A stretch of 56,127 nucleotides of DNA, from positions 1 to 56,127 of the forward strand of contig CAYJMY010000002.1 in assembly GCA_964371125.1 (NCBI GenBank), written 5' to 3'. Both the position numbers and the translations under genes were made by a program. Positions 20,009-28,287 of this stretch are shown here, in pieces. Numbering within the stretch: the first letter of the stretch is position 1; each line of letters opens with the position of its first letter. The notes below the pieces were generated by a model. The model saw only the letters and a program-made list of their open reading frames with translations, was not told the origin of the DNA and did not search any database. This DNA is from an uncultured Mesorhizobium sp. GTDB taxonomy: Bacteria; Pseudomonadota; Alphaproteobacteria; Rhizobiales; Rhizobiaceae.

Positions 20009-22105
20009 ATGAAGCCGTCGGTCAAGCGCGCGATGCGCGCCCTCGCCTGGAGCACCGCCGGACTGGCGGCGCTGGCCGGCGTCTCGGTCGGCGGCTTCGT
20101 CGCGCTCGACCGGGCCTTCCCGCCGCCCCTGCCGGCCAGCCTCACCGTGTCGACCGAGGTCGTCGACCGCGACGGCGCACTCCTGCGCGCCTTCGCCACG
20201 CCCGAGGGCCGCTGGCGCTTCGCCGTCGATCTGGATGCGGTCGACCGGAGCTTCGTCGACATGCTGATCGCCTACGAAGACAAGCGCTTCTGGGACCATG
20301 ACGGCGTCGATCCCGTGGCGCTGGCACGCGCGGCCGTCCAGTTCGCCGGCAACGGCCGCATCGTTTCCGGCGGCTCGACGCTGTCGATGCAGCTCGCCCG
20401 GCTGATCGAGCCGCGCGAGAGCCGCTCCCTCGGCGTCAAGCTGCGCCAGATCTTCCGCGCCGTGCAGATCGAGCGCCGGCTGTCCAAGCGCGAGATCCTC
20501 GAACGCTACCTGACGCTCGCACCCTATGGCGGCAACCTGGAAGGCGTGCGCGCCGCCGCCCTCGCCTATTTCGGCAAGGAACCGCGCCGGCTCACGCTGT
20601 CGGAGGCGGCGCTCCTGGTCGCCCTGCCGCAGTTGCCCGAGCGGCGACGGCCCGACCGCAACCCTGACGGCGCGCGCAAGGCGCGCGACCGCGTGCTCGA
20701 CCGCATGGTGCGCGCCGGGCGGCTCGACGCGGCGGAAGCCGAGCGCGCGGCGACGGAGGAGTTCGTCGCCGCAAGGCGTCCCCTGCCCGCTCTCGCCGCC
20801 CACACCGCGGCGACGGCGCTTGCCAACCGGCCCTTCGCCAACCGCCTGCAGCTCACCATCGACCGCCGCGTCCAGGAGGGGCTCGAGACCGTCGCGCGCG
20901 AGGCCGCGACGAAGCTCGGACCGAAGCTCTCGGTGGCGCTGGTCCTCGCCGACGCCCGCAGCGGCGAGATCCTCGGCGCCGTCGGCTCGGCGGACTACTT
21001 CGACGCCACCCGTTCCGGATGGATCGACATGACGCGCGCCGTGCGCTCGCCGGGCTCGACGCTGAAGCCCTTCATCTACGGCCTCGCCATGGAGGAAGGC
21101 ATGGTCGCCCAGGAGACCATGATCGAGGACCGGCCGGCGGATTTTTCCGGCTACCGGCCGCGCAACTTCGACATGAGCTACCAGGGCGACGTCACCGTCC
21201 GCCAGGCGCTGCAGCTGTCGCTCAACGTGCCGGCGATCCGGCTCCTCGACGGGGTCGGCCCGGCGCGGCTCGCCGCCCGCTTCCGCCAGGCCGGCGTCAG
21301 CCTGCAACTCCCGGCTGGAGAAGCGCCCGGCCTCGCCATCGGCCTCGGCGGCGTCGGCGTCTCGCTGCGCGGCCTCGTCCAGCTCTACACGGGCCTCGCC
21401 AATCGCGGCCGCGCCATCGGCCTCAGCGACGGCAGCGAACCGGCGGGCACCACGGTCGCGCCGGCGGCGACGATGCTCTCCGCGGACGCCACCTGGCAGA
21501 TCGCCGACGTGCTGGCCGGCGTGAAGCCGCCCGAAGGGGCGGCGGCGCGCGGCATCGCCTACAAGACCGGCACCTCCTACGGCTACCGCGACGCCTGGTC
21601 GGTCGGCTACGACGGCCGCCACGTCCTCGGCGTCTGGGTCGGCCGCGCCGACGCCGGCGCTGTGCCGGGCCTGTCCGGCTACACGTCGGCTGCGCCCATC
21701 CTGTTCGAGGCCTTCGCCAAGTCGGGGCTCGCCGCCGTGCCGCTGCCGCGGGCGCCTGCCGGGGTGCGCAAACCCACCCGCGACGAACTGCCCGTGACCA
21801 TGGAACGCTTCGCCCCGCTCGAGGAACGCGTCGCCGCCGCGCCGAGCGAACCGGCGCCGCGCATCGTCTTCCCGCCGGAAGGCGCGCGCGTCGACCTCGG
21901 CGCTGCGGGCGCAGAGGCGACGCCGCTGGTGCTGAAGCTGCAGGGCGGCCGGGCGCCGTTCCGCTGGCTCGCCAACGGCCGGCCGCTGTCCGATCCGGTG
22001 CGCCGGCGCACCGCGACCTGGCAGCCGGACGGCGCCGGCCAGTCGACGCTGACCGTCATCGACGCCGCCGGCCGCGCCGCCAGCGTGCGCGTCTTCGTCG
22101 AATAG
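20009..22105 (+). CDS. pbpC: penicillin-binding protein 1C
   Basis: Transglycosylase motifs EDKRF and GGSTLSMQLAR; transpeptidase motifs STLK, SLN and KTG; C-terminal BiPBP_C-like domain. Follows the A2M gene. Confidence 0.95.
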   Translation: MKPSVKRAMRALAWSTAGLAALAGVSVGGFVALDRAFPPPLPASLTVSTEVVDRDGALLRAFATPEGRWRFAVDLDAVDRSFVDMLIAYEDKRFWDHDGVDPVALARAAVQFAGNGRIVSGGSTLSMQLARLIEPRESRSLGVKLRQIFRAVQIERRLSKREILERYLTLAPYGGNLEGVRAAALAYFGKEPRRLTLSEAALLVALPQLPERRRPDRNPDGARKARDRVLDRMVRAGRLDAAEAERAATEEFVAARRPLPALAAHTAATALANRPFANRLQLTIDRRVQEGLETVAREAATKLGPKLSVALVLADARSGEILGAVGSADYFDATRSGWIDMTRAVRSPGSTLKPFIYGLAMEEGMVAQETMIEDRPADFSGYRPRNFDMSYQGDVTVRQALQLSLNVPAIRLLDGVGPARLAARFRQAGVSLQLPAGEAPGLAIGLGGVGVSLRGLVQLYTGLANRGRAIGLSDGSEPAGTTVAPAATMLSADATWQIADVLAGVKPPEGAAARGIAYKTGTSYGYRDAWSVGYDGRHVLGVWVGRADAGAVPGLSGYTSAAPILFEAFAKSGLAAVPLPRAPAGVRKPTRDELPVTMERFAPLEERVAAAPSEPAPRIVFPPEGARVDLGAAGAEATPLVLKLQGGRAPFRWLANGRPLSDPVRRRTATWQPDGAGQSTLTVIDAAGRAASVRVFVE

Positions 22106-22122
22106 AAGCGCCGGCCGTTCGC

Positions 22123-22890
22123 GTGAAAATTCAACGTGTTGAGCGATCCATCGGAATCAGGACGACAACGCCTTCGCGCGCCGCCGCAGGTCTTTTCGCG
22201 GCGCTCGCCCTGCTTGCCGGGACGCCAGCCGCAGCGCGCGCAGAGGGCCTGCCCGACGGCTTCGTCCGCCTTGCCGAAATCGATTCGTCGATCCGCCAGG
22301 ACATGCGTTACGCCGGCACGGACAATTTCGTCGGCCGCCGGCTCGCCGGCTACGAGGCGCCGGCCTGCATCCTGACCGACAAGGCGGCGAAGGCGCTGGC
22401 GCGGGTGCAGGCGGCGGTGAGCGGCGACGGCTTCGCCCTGGTCGTCTTCGACTGCTACCGGCCCGAACGCGCCGTCGCCGACATGGTGCGCTGGTCGAAG
22501 GCCGGCGGCCCCGCGGACCCGCGCTGGTTTCCCGCCGTGCGCCGCGAACATCTCGTTTCGGCCGGCTACGTCGGCGCCCGCTCGGCGCATTCGCGCGGCT
22601 CGACCGTCGACCTCGCGCTGGTGAAGACGGCCGATGGCGGCGCGGCCGCACCCGACTGCGGGGCGGGCACGGCCGACATGGCCGAGTTCGGCACCGGCTT
22701 CGACTGCTTCGACAGGAAGAGCCGCACGCTGTTTTCACCTCTGCCGCCGGGCGCGGCGGAGAACCGGACGCGACTGGTCAGGGCAATGGCCGCCGAGGGC
22801 TTCGCCAACTATTCGCGGGAGTGGTGGCACTTCACCCTGTCGGGCGAGCCGTACAAGACGCGGTTCGACTTCCCGGTGACCGCCGAATGA
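22123..22890 (+). CDS. ddpX: D-alanyl-D-alanine dipeptidase (M15D, VanX/DdpX family) with signal peptide
   Basis: DMRYAGTDNFVG, FDCYRP, SAHSRGSTVD and EWWH zinc motifs. The in-frame GTG at 22123 is the likely start, but this is uncertain. Confidence 0.87.
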   Translation: MKIQRVERSIGIRTTTPSRAAAGLFAALALLAGTPAAARAEGLPDGFVRLAEIDSSIRQDMRYAGTDNFVGRRLAGYEAPACILTDKAAKALARVQAAVSGDGFALVVFDCYRPERAVADMVRWSKAGGPADPRWFPAVRREHLVSAGYVGARSAHSRGSTVDLALVKTADGGAAAPDCGAGTADMAEFGTGFDCFDRKSRTLFSPLPPGAAENRTRLVRAMAAEGFANYSREWWHFTLSGEPYKTRFDFPVTAE

Positions 22891-22906
22891 ACGGGACCGC
22901 AGTGCG

Positions 22907-24367
22907 TCAGTCGGCGAACACCGGGTAGAGCTCGCTGACCGCCGTATCGCGGTACTTGGCGCCGCGATAGACGTCGCGGATGGTGAGTTCGAGGAAACTG
23001 GTGTCGACCGGCTTGGCGAAGTCGACGCGGCGCGCGCCGCGCACGTCCTGCAGCGTCACCTCGAGCGACGGTCCGGTGGCGGTGGCGACTTCCAACTCGC
23101 GGATGCGCGAATTGGCCGACCAGATGGTCTGGTTCTTGTCGTAGCCGTTGATGATCTCGAAGCCGGCGAGCTTGCGCTGGCGGCCGAAGTGCAGCGTCAC
23201 CGTCTCGCCGATGCCGTCGCCCTCCTCCGCTTCGACCCAGGCCGTGTCGCGGTTGCCGTCGAACATCTTGTCGGGCTCGTAGAAATTGCCCTTCTGCGAC
23301 TTCAGCACGGAAGAGGCGCAGTAGGTGACGCCGAACGGGCCCGGCTGGCAGACGCCGGATTTGGCCGGCGCCGAGCGCACCGCCACGATCGGCTCGGCGC
23401 TGGCAACGGACTGCGGCGCCGCGCACGCGGCCACGGCTCGCTCCTTCGCCAGTTCCGCGTAGAAGCTGTCGGGGAAACGCCGCTGGAACGCCTCGTAGGC
23501 GCCGCAGCTGCCCACCTCGACCGCCTGCTCGTAGGCCTCCTTCTCCACCGAGGCCGAGACGGCGGGCGCCGACGGCGGCGCGGCGGCCAGAGTCAGCTCG
23601 GGGACGAAGGAGAAGCGCCCGGTGAGCGAGGAGGAATCCCACGGCACCTGGTTGCCGCCGGTCCCGGCCATGACCTCGTTGCGTACCTCGATCATCAGGT
23701 CGGAGATCGACTGGCCGGGCCTGTCGATGTGCTTCAGGAGAGCCGTGGTGAAGGGTGAATTGGCACCGGAGCCGTCGGAGGCCACGGCGTCCGGCTGTGT
23801 GGCGAAGGCGATGAAGGTGCCGGAGCCCGACTGGATGCGGCCGAGACCTTTGGACAGCGACACCGCGGCGCGGTTCATCGAGCGCGCCATCTCCTTGGCG
23901 AAGGGATTGTCGCGGCAGGCGTCGAGGAAGACGAGATTGGTGCGGCTGCCGCGCTCGAGCTGCTGCATGATCTGCGACAGCGACACGAGCGAGATGTCGA
24001 TCTCGGCCTCGAACTCGACCATGGCGTCGACCGGCACGAGGTAGTTCTGGCCGTTCACCTGAAGCCCATGCCCGGCGTAGAAGAACAGCGCGACGTCGGC
24101 CTGCTCGGCCGCCCGGCCGAAGCGAATCAGCGATTCCACCAGCTTGCGCCGGTCGAGATCGGTTCCGCCGAAGACCTCGAATCCGAGCTTCTCCAGCCGC
24201 GCCGTCATCGCCTCGGCGTCGTTCTTCGGATTGCGCAGCGGCGTCGTGTGCTCGTAGGCCGAATTGCCGACCACCAGCGCCACCCGGCGCTCCGTGGCCG
24301 TCGCGGCCGCGTTCGCCGCCAAAAGCGCAATCAGCGCTATCGCCAGGACGGCGGAAAAACGGATCAA
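22907..24367 (-). CDS. secreted caspase-family (peptidase C14) protein with C-terminal discoidin / NADase-type glycan-binding-like domain
   Basis: TTG start after GGTGAGGT RBS; signal peptide; RVALVVGNSAY, LRNPKNDA, YAGHG and LDACRDNP (His-Cys dyad). C-terminal ASSVL...FDGNRDTAWVE...GIGE...DTAVSEL. Confidence 0.9.
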   Translation of the reverse strand: MIRFSAVLAIALIALLAANAAATATERRVALVVGNSAYEHTTPLRNPKNDAEAMTARLEKLGFEVFGGTDLDRRKLVESLIRFGRAAEQADVALFFYAGHGLQVNGQNYLVPVDAMVEFEAEIDISLVSLSQIMQQLERGSRTNLVFLDACRDNPFAKEMARSMNRAAVSLSKGLGRIQSGSGTFIAFATQPDAVASDGSGANSPFTTALLKHIDRPGQSISDLMIEVRNEVMAGTGGNQVPWDSSSLTGRFSFVPELTLAAAPPSAPAVSASVEKEAYEQAVEVGSCGAYEAFQRRFPDSFYAELAKERAVAACAAPQSVASAEPIVAVRSAPAKSGVCQPGPFGVTYCASSVLKSQKGNFYEPDKMFDGNRDTAWVEAEEGDGIGETVTLHFGRQRKLAGFEIINGYDKNQTIWSANSRIRELEVATATGPSLEVTLQDVRGARRVDFAKPVDTSFLELTIRDVYRGAKYRDTAVSELYPVFAD

Positions 24368-24487
24368 GGCACCTCACCCCCTGCTGTCTGACCCACGGTC
24401 AACCGATACGGCAGGCGCTCGGGGCAAGTCAAATCACGGCCTTGCGGGGCGGATTGGCCGGCGCAATTCGCCTCGTACCGGCAACTG

Positions 24488-24521
24488 AAACGAAAACGGG
24501 GCCGGACATCGTCCGGCCCCG
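24488..24521 (-). terminator. rho-independent terminator of the small secreted protein gene
   Basis: Stem CGGGGCCGGAC/GTCCGGCCCCG (24497-24521) followed on the minus strand by TTTTCGTTT, about 18 nt after the stop at 24540. Confidence 0.8.
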
Positions 24522-24539
24522 CCAGGAACCTGCCCCCGA

Positions 24540-24872
24540 TCAAGGCACCGGCTGGTAGAAGCAGGGCATCGCGCGCGCCTGGTACTGCGTGGCGGCGCCG
24601 CCGCCGACGAAGATGATCGCCTTGTTCTTGGCGCCGACCCAGTGCGACCACTTGGAGCCGTACTGCGCCTTGACCGCGTTGACCCAAAGGGCCTGCGCCA
24701 CGGCCGGGTTCTGACCGACGGCCATGGAGTAGGTCGCCTTGCAGTCGCCGTCCTGCGGGCCGGTGGCAGCCTTCATCGAAGCGGCCTGTGCGGTCGCGCC
24801 GAGCGCGAGCGCGAGCGCCGCGGCGATACCGAGTCCTGCGAGGCCGAGAACGGCGTTTGACGTCTTGGACAT
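24540..24872 (-). CDS. small secreted hypothetical protein (110 aa, 2 Cys, Trp-rich)
   Basis: GGAGG RBS, signal peptide ending AQA, high-GC3 codon usage and its own terminator. Alternative start at 24878. Confidence 0.8.
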   Translation of the reverse strand: MSKTSNAVLGLAGLGIAAALALALGATAQAASMKAATGPQDGDCKATYSMAVGQNPAVAQALWVNAVKAQYGSKWSHWVGAKNKAIIFVGGGAATQYQARAMPCFYQPVP

Positions 24873-25000
24873 TTTCATTTCCTCCATTCGAAGTGCCGGC
24901 GATTGTCGTGGACAAGCCCGGCGGGGGTTGTGGTCGACGGACCCTGTTGATCCGCCAGTTCAATCGTCAGTTCGACGATGACCCATCTTCGCTGCAGGAG

Positions 25001-25049
25001 TTTTCGGACGTGTTTCGTCCGACGATCGTTTCTATTTCATTTGTTTCCG
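25001..25049 (-). promoter_or_regulatory. GAAA direct-repeat regulatory element, copy 1 (upstream of the small secreted protein gene)
   Basis: Minus strand reads CGGAAACAAATGAAATAGAAACGATCGTCGGACGAAACACGTCCGAAAA and matches the element at 28196-28244. Confidence 0.65.
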
Positions 25050-25062
25050 GATTGGCCGCGAA

Positions 25063-26658
25063 TCAGCCGCGGCGGGGAAACGCCTCGACGACGTCGGCGA
25101 CTTCATCCGCGGTGAACGGCTTCTCCAGGACCGGGCGGCCGGATTCGGCGAGAAAGCGGCCGGAGACCGGTCCCAGCGCGTCGCCGGTGACGAACAGGAT
25201 TCTGTCGACCAGCGCCGGATGATGCGCCTTGAGCCAGCGGAACAGCGCCGGTCCGTCGAAATCGGGCATGCGCAGGTCGCAGACGATGGCGTCGTAGCCG
25301 GCCGGGTCGGCCGCGATCATCGCCTTGCCCTCGTTGCCGCCCGTCGCCATGTCGCAGCGGAAGCCGGCCTTCTCCATCGCGTCGGCGAGGAGCAGCGCGA
25401 TCTCCGGCTCGTCGTCGATGACGATGGCGCGCGGCAGGTCGGACCGGGGCGGAGGGGAGGCTGCGCCGGCGTCGGATTCGGCGACATCCGGGGATGCGCG
25501 GCGGCGTCCGACTGTCGGCAGGCTCAGTTCGAAGGCAGCGCCGACGCCGGATTCGACGAGCGAGAGCACCCCGCCCTGCGCCTCGGCAAGGCCCCGCGAG
25601 ATCGACAGGCCTATGCCGGTGCCGACGCCCTGTGGTTTCGTCGTGAAGAACGGGTCGAAGATGCGCTGCGCGATCTCCGGCGGAATGCCGGTCCCGTTGT
25701 CCGCCACGACGATCCCCAATCTGCCGTCCTTCTCGACCGCGCTGACACGTATCTCGCGGTCGCCTTCGACGGCTTCGAGCGCATGGGTCGCGTTGACCAG
25801 CAGGTTGGTGAGGATGTTCTGGACCTGGTCGGGATCGGCGACGATCTCGGGAAGCCCCGGCGCGATGTCACAGCGCACCACGATGCCGCTGCTCTCGATC
25901 CCGTAGCGCAGCAACTCGATGGCGCTCTCGACGATCGGCAGGGCCTGTACCGCCCGCGTCTCGGCCTTGCGCTGGCGGGCGATCGCCAGGAAGGCGCGAA
26001 CCACGCGGACGCAGCGCTGCGCCGCCGCCTCGATCTTCTCGGTCCGCTCGATCGCGGAGCGGCGCAGGAAGCCCGTCGCGGCCTCCTCGCGCAGCAGCGT
26101 CGACTGACCGAGCACGATGGACAGCGGATTGTTCAGTTCGTGAGCGACGCCCGCAAGCAGCGAGCCGATAGCCGCGAGCTTCTCGCTCTGGTGCAGCGCC
26201 TCGCGCTGCCGCTCGATTTCGGCGACCGCCGCGTGTGCCGAAGAAAGGTCGCGGAGATTGGCGGTGAAATAGCGGCCCTCCGGGAGTACGACCTCGGTGA
26301 TCGCCAGTTCCACCGGGATGATCCGCCCGTCGCGGCAGCGCGCCTCCATCTCGACCCGGCGGCCGAGCACGTGCGGCTCGCGCGTAGCGCGATAGCGCGC
26401 GATGCCGGCTTCATGCGCATCCTGCATATGGTCGGGTACGATGAGGTCGCTGATGCGTCGGCCGACGGCCTCGTCGCGCGGATAGCCGAACGTCTCTTCG
26501 GCGGCGGGGTTTATGGCGACCACCACTCCGCGGTCGTCGACGACGATGACGGCGTCGAGCGCGGACGCCACGACGGCCGCATAGACGGCCGAAAGCTGCT
26601 CCGGCGTCTTCAGCCGGTGAGCTGCCTGGTCATCGGTTGCAGCGGAAAAATCGTTCAC
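25063..26658 (-). CDS. cytoplasmic hybrid sensor histidine kinase with FixL-like heme-PAS domain (PAS-HisKA-HATPase-REC)
   Basis: PAS segment LIVPDHMQDAHEAGIARYRATREPHVLGRRVE...YFTANLRDL resembles FixL heme-PAS. H-box HELNNPL, N-box, DNGTG, FDPFFTTK and GTGIGL. REC motifs IDDE, CDLRMP and KPF. No transmembrane segment. GTG start overlaps the regulator stop. Confidence 0.9.
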   Translation of the reverse strand: MNDFSAATDDQAAHRLKTPEQLSAVYAAVVASALDAVIVVDDRGVVVAINPAAEETFGYPRDEAVGRRISDLIVPDHMQDAHEAGIARYRATREPHVLGRRVEMEARCRDGRIIPVELAITEVVLPEGRYFTANLRDLSSAHAAVAEIERQREALHQSEKLAAIGSLLAGVAHELNNPLSIVLGQSTLLREEAATGFLRRSAIERTEKIEAAAQRCVRVVRAFLAIARQRKAETRAVQALPIVESAIELLRYGIESSGIVVRCDIAPGLPEIVADPDQVQNILTNLLVNATHALEAVEGDREIRVSAVEKDGRLGIVVADNGTGIPPEIAQRIFDPFFTTKPQGVGTGIGLSISRGLAEAQGGVLSLVESGVGAAFELSLPTVGRRRASPDVAESDAGAASPPPRSDLPRAIVIDDEPEIALLLADAMEKAGFRCDMATGGNEGKAMIAADPAGYDAIVCDLRMPDFDGPALFRWLKAHHPALVDRILFVTGDALGPVSGRFLAESGRPVLEKPFTADEVADVVEAFPRRG

Positions 26659-27401
26659 GCCGCCGCTCTCGGCGGCACGTAGATGTAGCCGACGCTGCGT
26701 ACCGTGCGAATGACCTGCGGCTTTGCCGGGTCGACCTCGACCTTCTTGCGGATACGCGTCACCCGGATGTCGATGGAGCGGTCGAAAGGATTGTCGTCGC
26801 GGCCGGGCGCGGTGTCGAGCAGCCTGTCGCGCGACAGGACACGGTTGGGGTTGCGCGCGAACATCGCGAGAAGATCGAATTCGGTCGCGGTCAGGCGGAT
26901 TTCGGTACCGTCCTCGTCGATCAGGATGCGGCGCTCAAGGTCAAGGCACACCTTGCCGAAGCAGACGCGCTTGCCGTTCGCGGCCGGCGCCGGCGCAGCC
27001 GAGGCGTCCGGTCGCGCAGCACCGGTGCGGCGCAGAACGGCGCGCACCCTCGCCTTCAGTTCGCGAAGATCGAAGGGCTTCGTCACGTAGTCGTCCGCGC
27101 CCATCTCCAGCCCGACCACCCGGTCGACGACGCCATCCATGCCGGTCAACATGATGATCGGCGTCCCGGTGGTCGCCCTGAGGCGTCGCGCGATTGAAAA
27201 GCCGTCTTCGCCCGGCAGGGAAACATCCAGAATGACCAGGTCGGCCGGCCCGGAGTTCAGCATGAGGTCCAACTCCGCCGCGCACGAGCAGCGGCTGACC
27301 GCGTAGCCGTCCTTGACGAAGTAGTCGGCGATGATTCCACGGATGTCGGGCTCGTCGTCGACGATCGCGAGCCTGACCGCATTCGAGCGTTGCATCGGCA
27401 T
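26655..27401 (-). CDS. OmpR/PhoB-family response regulator
   Basis: VDDEP, ILDVSLPGEDG, GADDYVTKPF and winged helix DRSIDIRVTRIRKKVE...IRTVRSVGY. Start 27401 (GGAG upstream) or 27395. Confidence 0.93.
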   Translation of the reverse strand: MPMQRSNAVRLAIVDDEPDIRGIIADYFVKDGYAVSRCSCAAELDLMLNSGPADLVILDVSLPGEDGFSIARRLRATTGTPIIMLTGMDGVVDRVVGLEMGADDYVTKPFDLRELKARVRAVLRRTGAARPDASAAPAPAANGKRVCFGKVCLDLERRILIDEDGTEIRLTATEFDLLAMFARNPNRVLSRDRLLDTAPGRDDNPFDRSIDIRVTRIRKKVEVDPAKPQVIRTVRSVGYIYVPPRAAA

Positions 27402-27471
27402 CGCCCTGCTCCAACATTCCCTTCGAGGTTTCACCGTTCGCCGGGGTCATTGTGCGGGGCGCTTCACCCGC

Positions 27472-27510
27472 CTTGACCTTCTCTTTTGATGGAGCATATA
27501 TTTCATGAAA
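27472..27510 (+). promoter_or_regulatory. sigma70-type promoter of tetR with adjacent palindromic operator
   Basis: CTTGAC (27472-27477), 17 nt, then CATATA(T), close to the rhizobial CTTGAC-N17-CTATAT consensus. The perfect palindrome TTTCATGAAA follows at 27501-27510. Confidence 0.6.
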
Positions 27511-27537
27511 ACTGGCTTTGGTCAATGTAGGGGCGAA

Positions 27538-28137
27538 ATGGCCAGACGTTATACCCTTGGAAAACGCGCCGAGGCGAAAGAGCAGACCCGCGACAGGATC
27601 CTGCGGGCGACGATGCAGGTGCATGACGAGAAGGGCGTGGCGCCGACCACCTTCGCCGACGTCGCCGCGCGCGCCGGCGTCGGCCAGGCCACCGTCTCGC
27701 GCTATTTCCCGACCATCGGCGACCTCGTCCAGGCCTGTGGCCAGCACGTCTGGATGGAGATGCGTCCGCCGGTGCCCGACATGGCGAAAGACGTCTTCGC
27801 CGGCGTCGCAGGCCTGGACGCGCGTCTGGAGAAGCTGGTCGAGGAGGTCGACGGCTTCTATGCGCGCGGCGCCCTGCGCCTCGACCTCGCTTCGCGCGAC
27901 CGCGATCTCATCCCCCAACTCGACGGTTTCCTCAACGCCGTCGAGGGCGGCGTCGCCGCCCTCGTCAGGGAAGCCCTCGCCCCGTTCGCGCCCGGCGAGG
28001 AGGCGCTCGAGGTGGCAACCGCGCTGATGGGCTTTCGCGTCTGGCAGTCCTTCCAGCGCACCTCCGTCGCCGGCGGCCGGATGCCCGTTCTGAGGGCCAG
28101 GCTGCTGCGGTGCGCGCTAAAAACGGCCGACGCCTGA
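27538..28137 (+). CDS. TetR/AcrR family transcriptional regulator
   Basis: N-terminal HTH TRDRILRAT...TTFADVAARAGVGQATVSRYFPT. Confidence 0.92.
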   Translation: MARRYTLGKRAEAKEQTRDRILRATMQVHDEKGVAPTTFADVAARAGVGQATVSRYFPTIGDLVQACGQHVWMEMRPPVPDMAKDVFAGVAGLDARLEKLVEEVDGFYARGALRLDLASRDRDLIPQLDGFLNAVEGGVAALVREALAPFAPGEEALEVATALMGFRVWQSFQRTSVAGGRMPVLRARLLRCALKTADA

Positions 28138-28195
28138 GGGCGACGGCAAAACGGCGGATTCGCTCCGGCAGGGTGCCCCCCAGAAGAGCTGCAAT

Positions 28196-28244
28196 CGGAA
28201 ACAATTGAAATCTCCGCGACCCCGCGACGAAATCGACGTGAAAC
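28196..28244 (+). promoter_or_regulatory. GAAA direct-repeat regulatory element, copy 2 (upstream of the globin gene)
   Basis: CGGAAACAATTGAAATCTCCGCGACCCCGCGACGAAATCGACGTGAAAC. It is 15/16 identical to copy 1 at the start, with identically spaced GAAA half-sites. Confidence 0.65.
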
Positions 28245-28287
28245 GGCGCCCCGCCACGGTCCGGCCCCTGACAACAGGAGCACGACC

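Noticed and set aside
14476-20012. Very long alternative-frame and antisense ORFs over the A2M gene (1466 aa and 1551 aa), and similar shadow ORFs across the window
   Set aside because: These are expected in high-GC DNA with strong codon bias. They have no recognisable motifs and fully overlap well-supported genes.
21019-22122. Apparent 623-aa ORF extending the dipeptidase into pbpC (possible fusion or frameshift)
   Set aside because: The upstream part is low-complexity off-frame sequence. pbpC is complete with its own stop, and no slippery site was seen.
24947-24963. TTGATCCGCCAGTTCAA resembling an FNR/FixK box
   Set aside because: The spacing is TTGA-N9-TCAA rather than the required TTGA-N6-TCAA.
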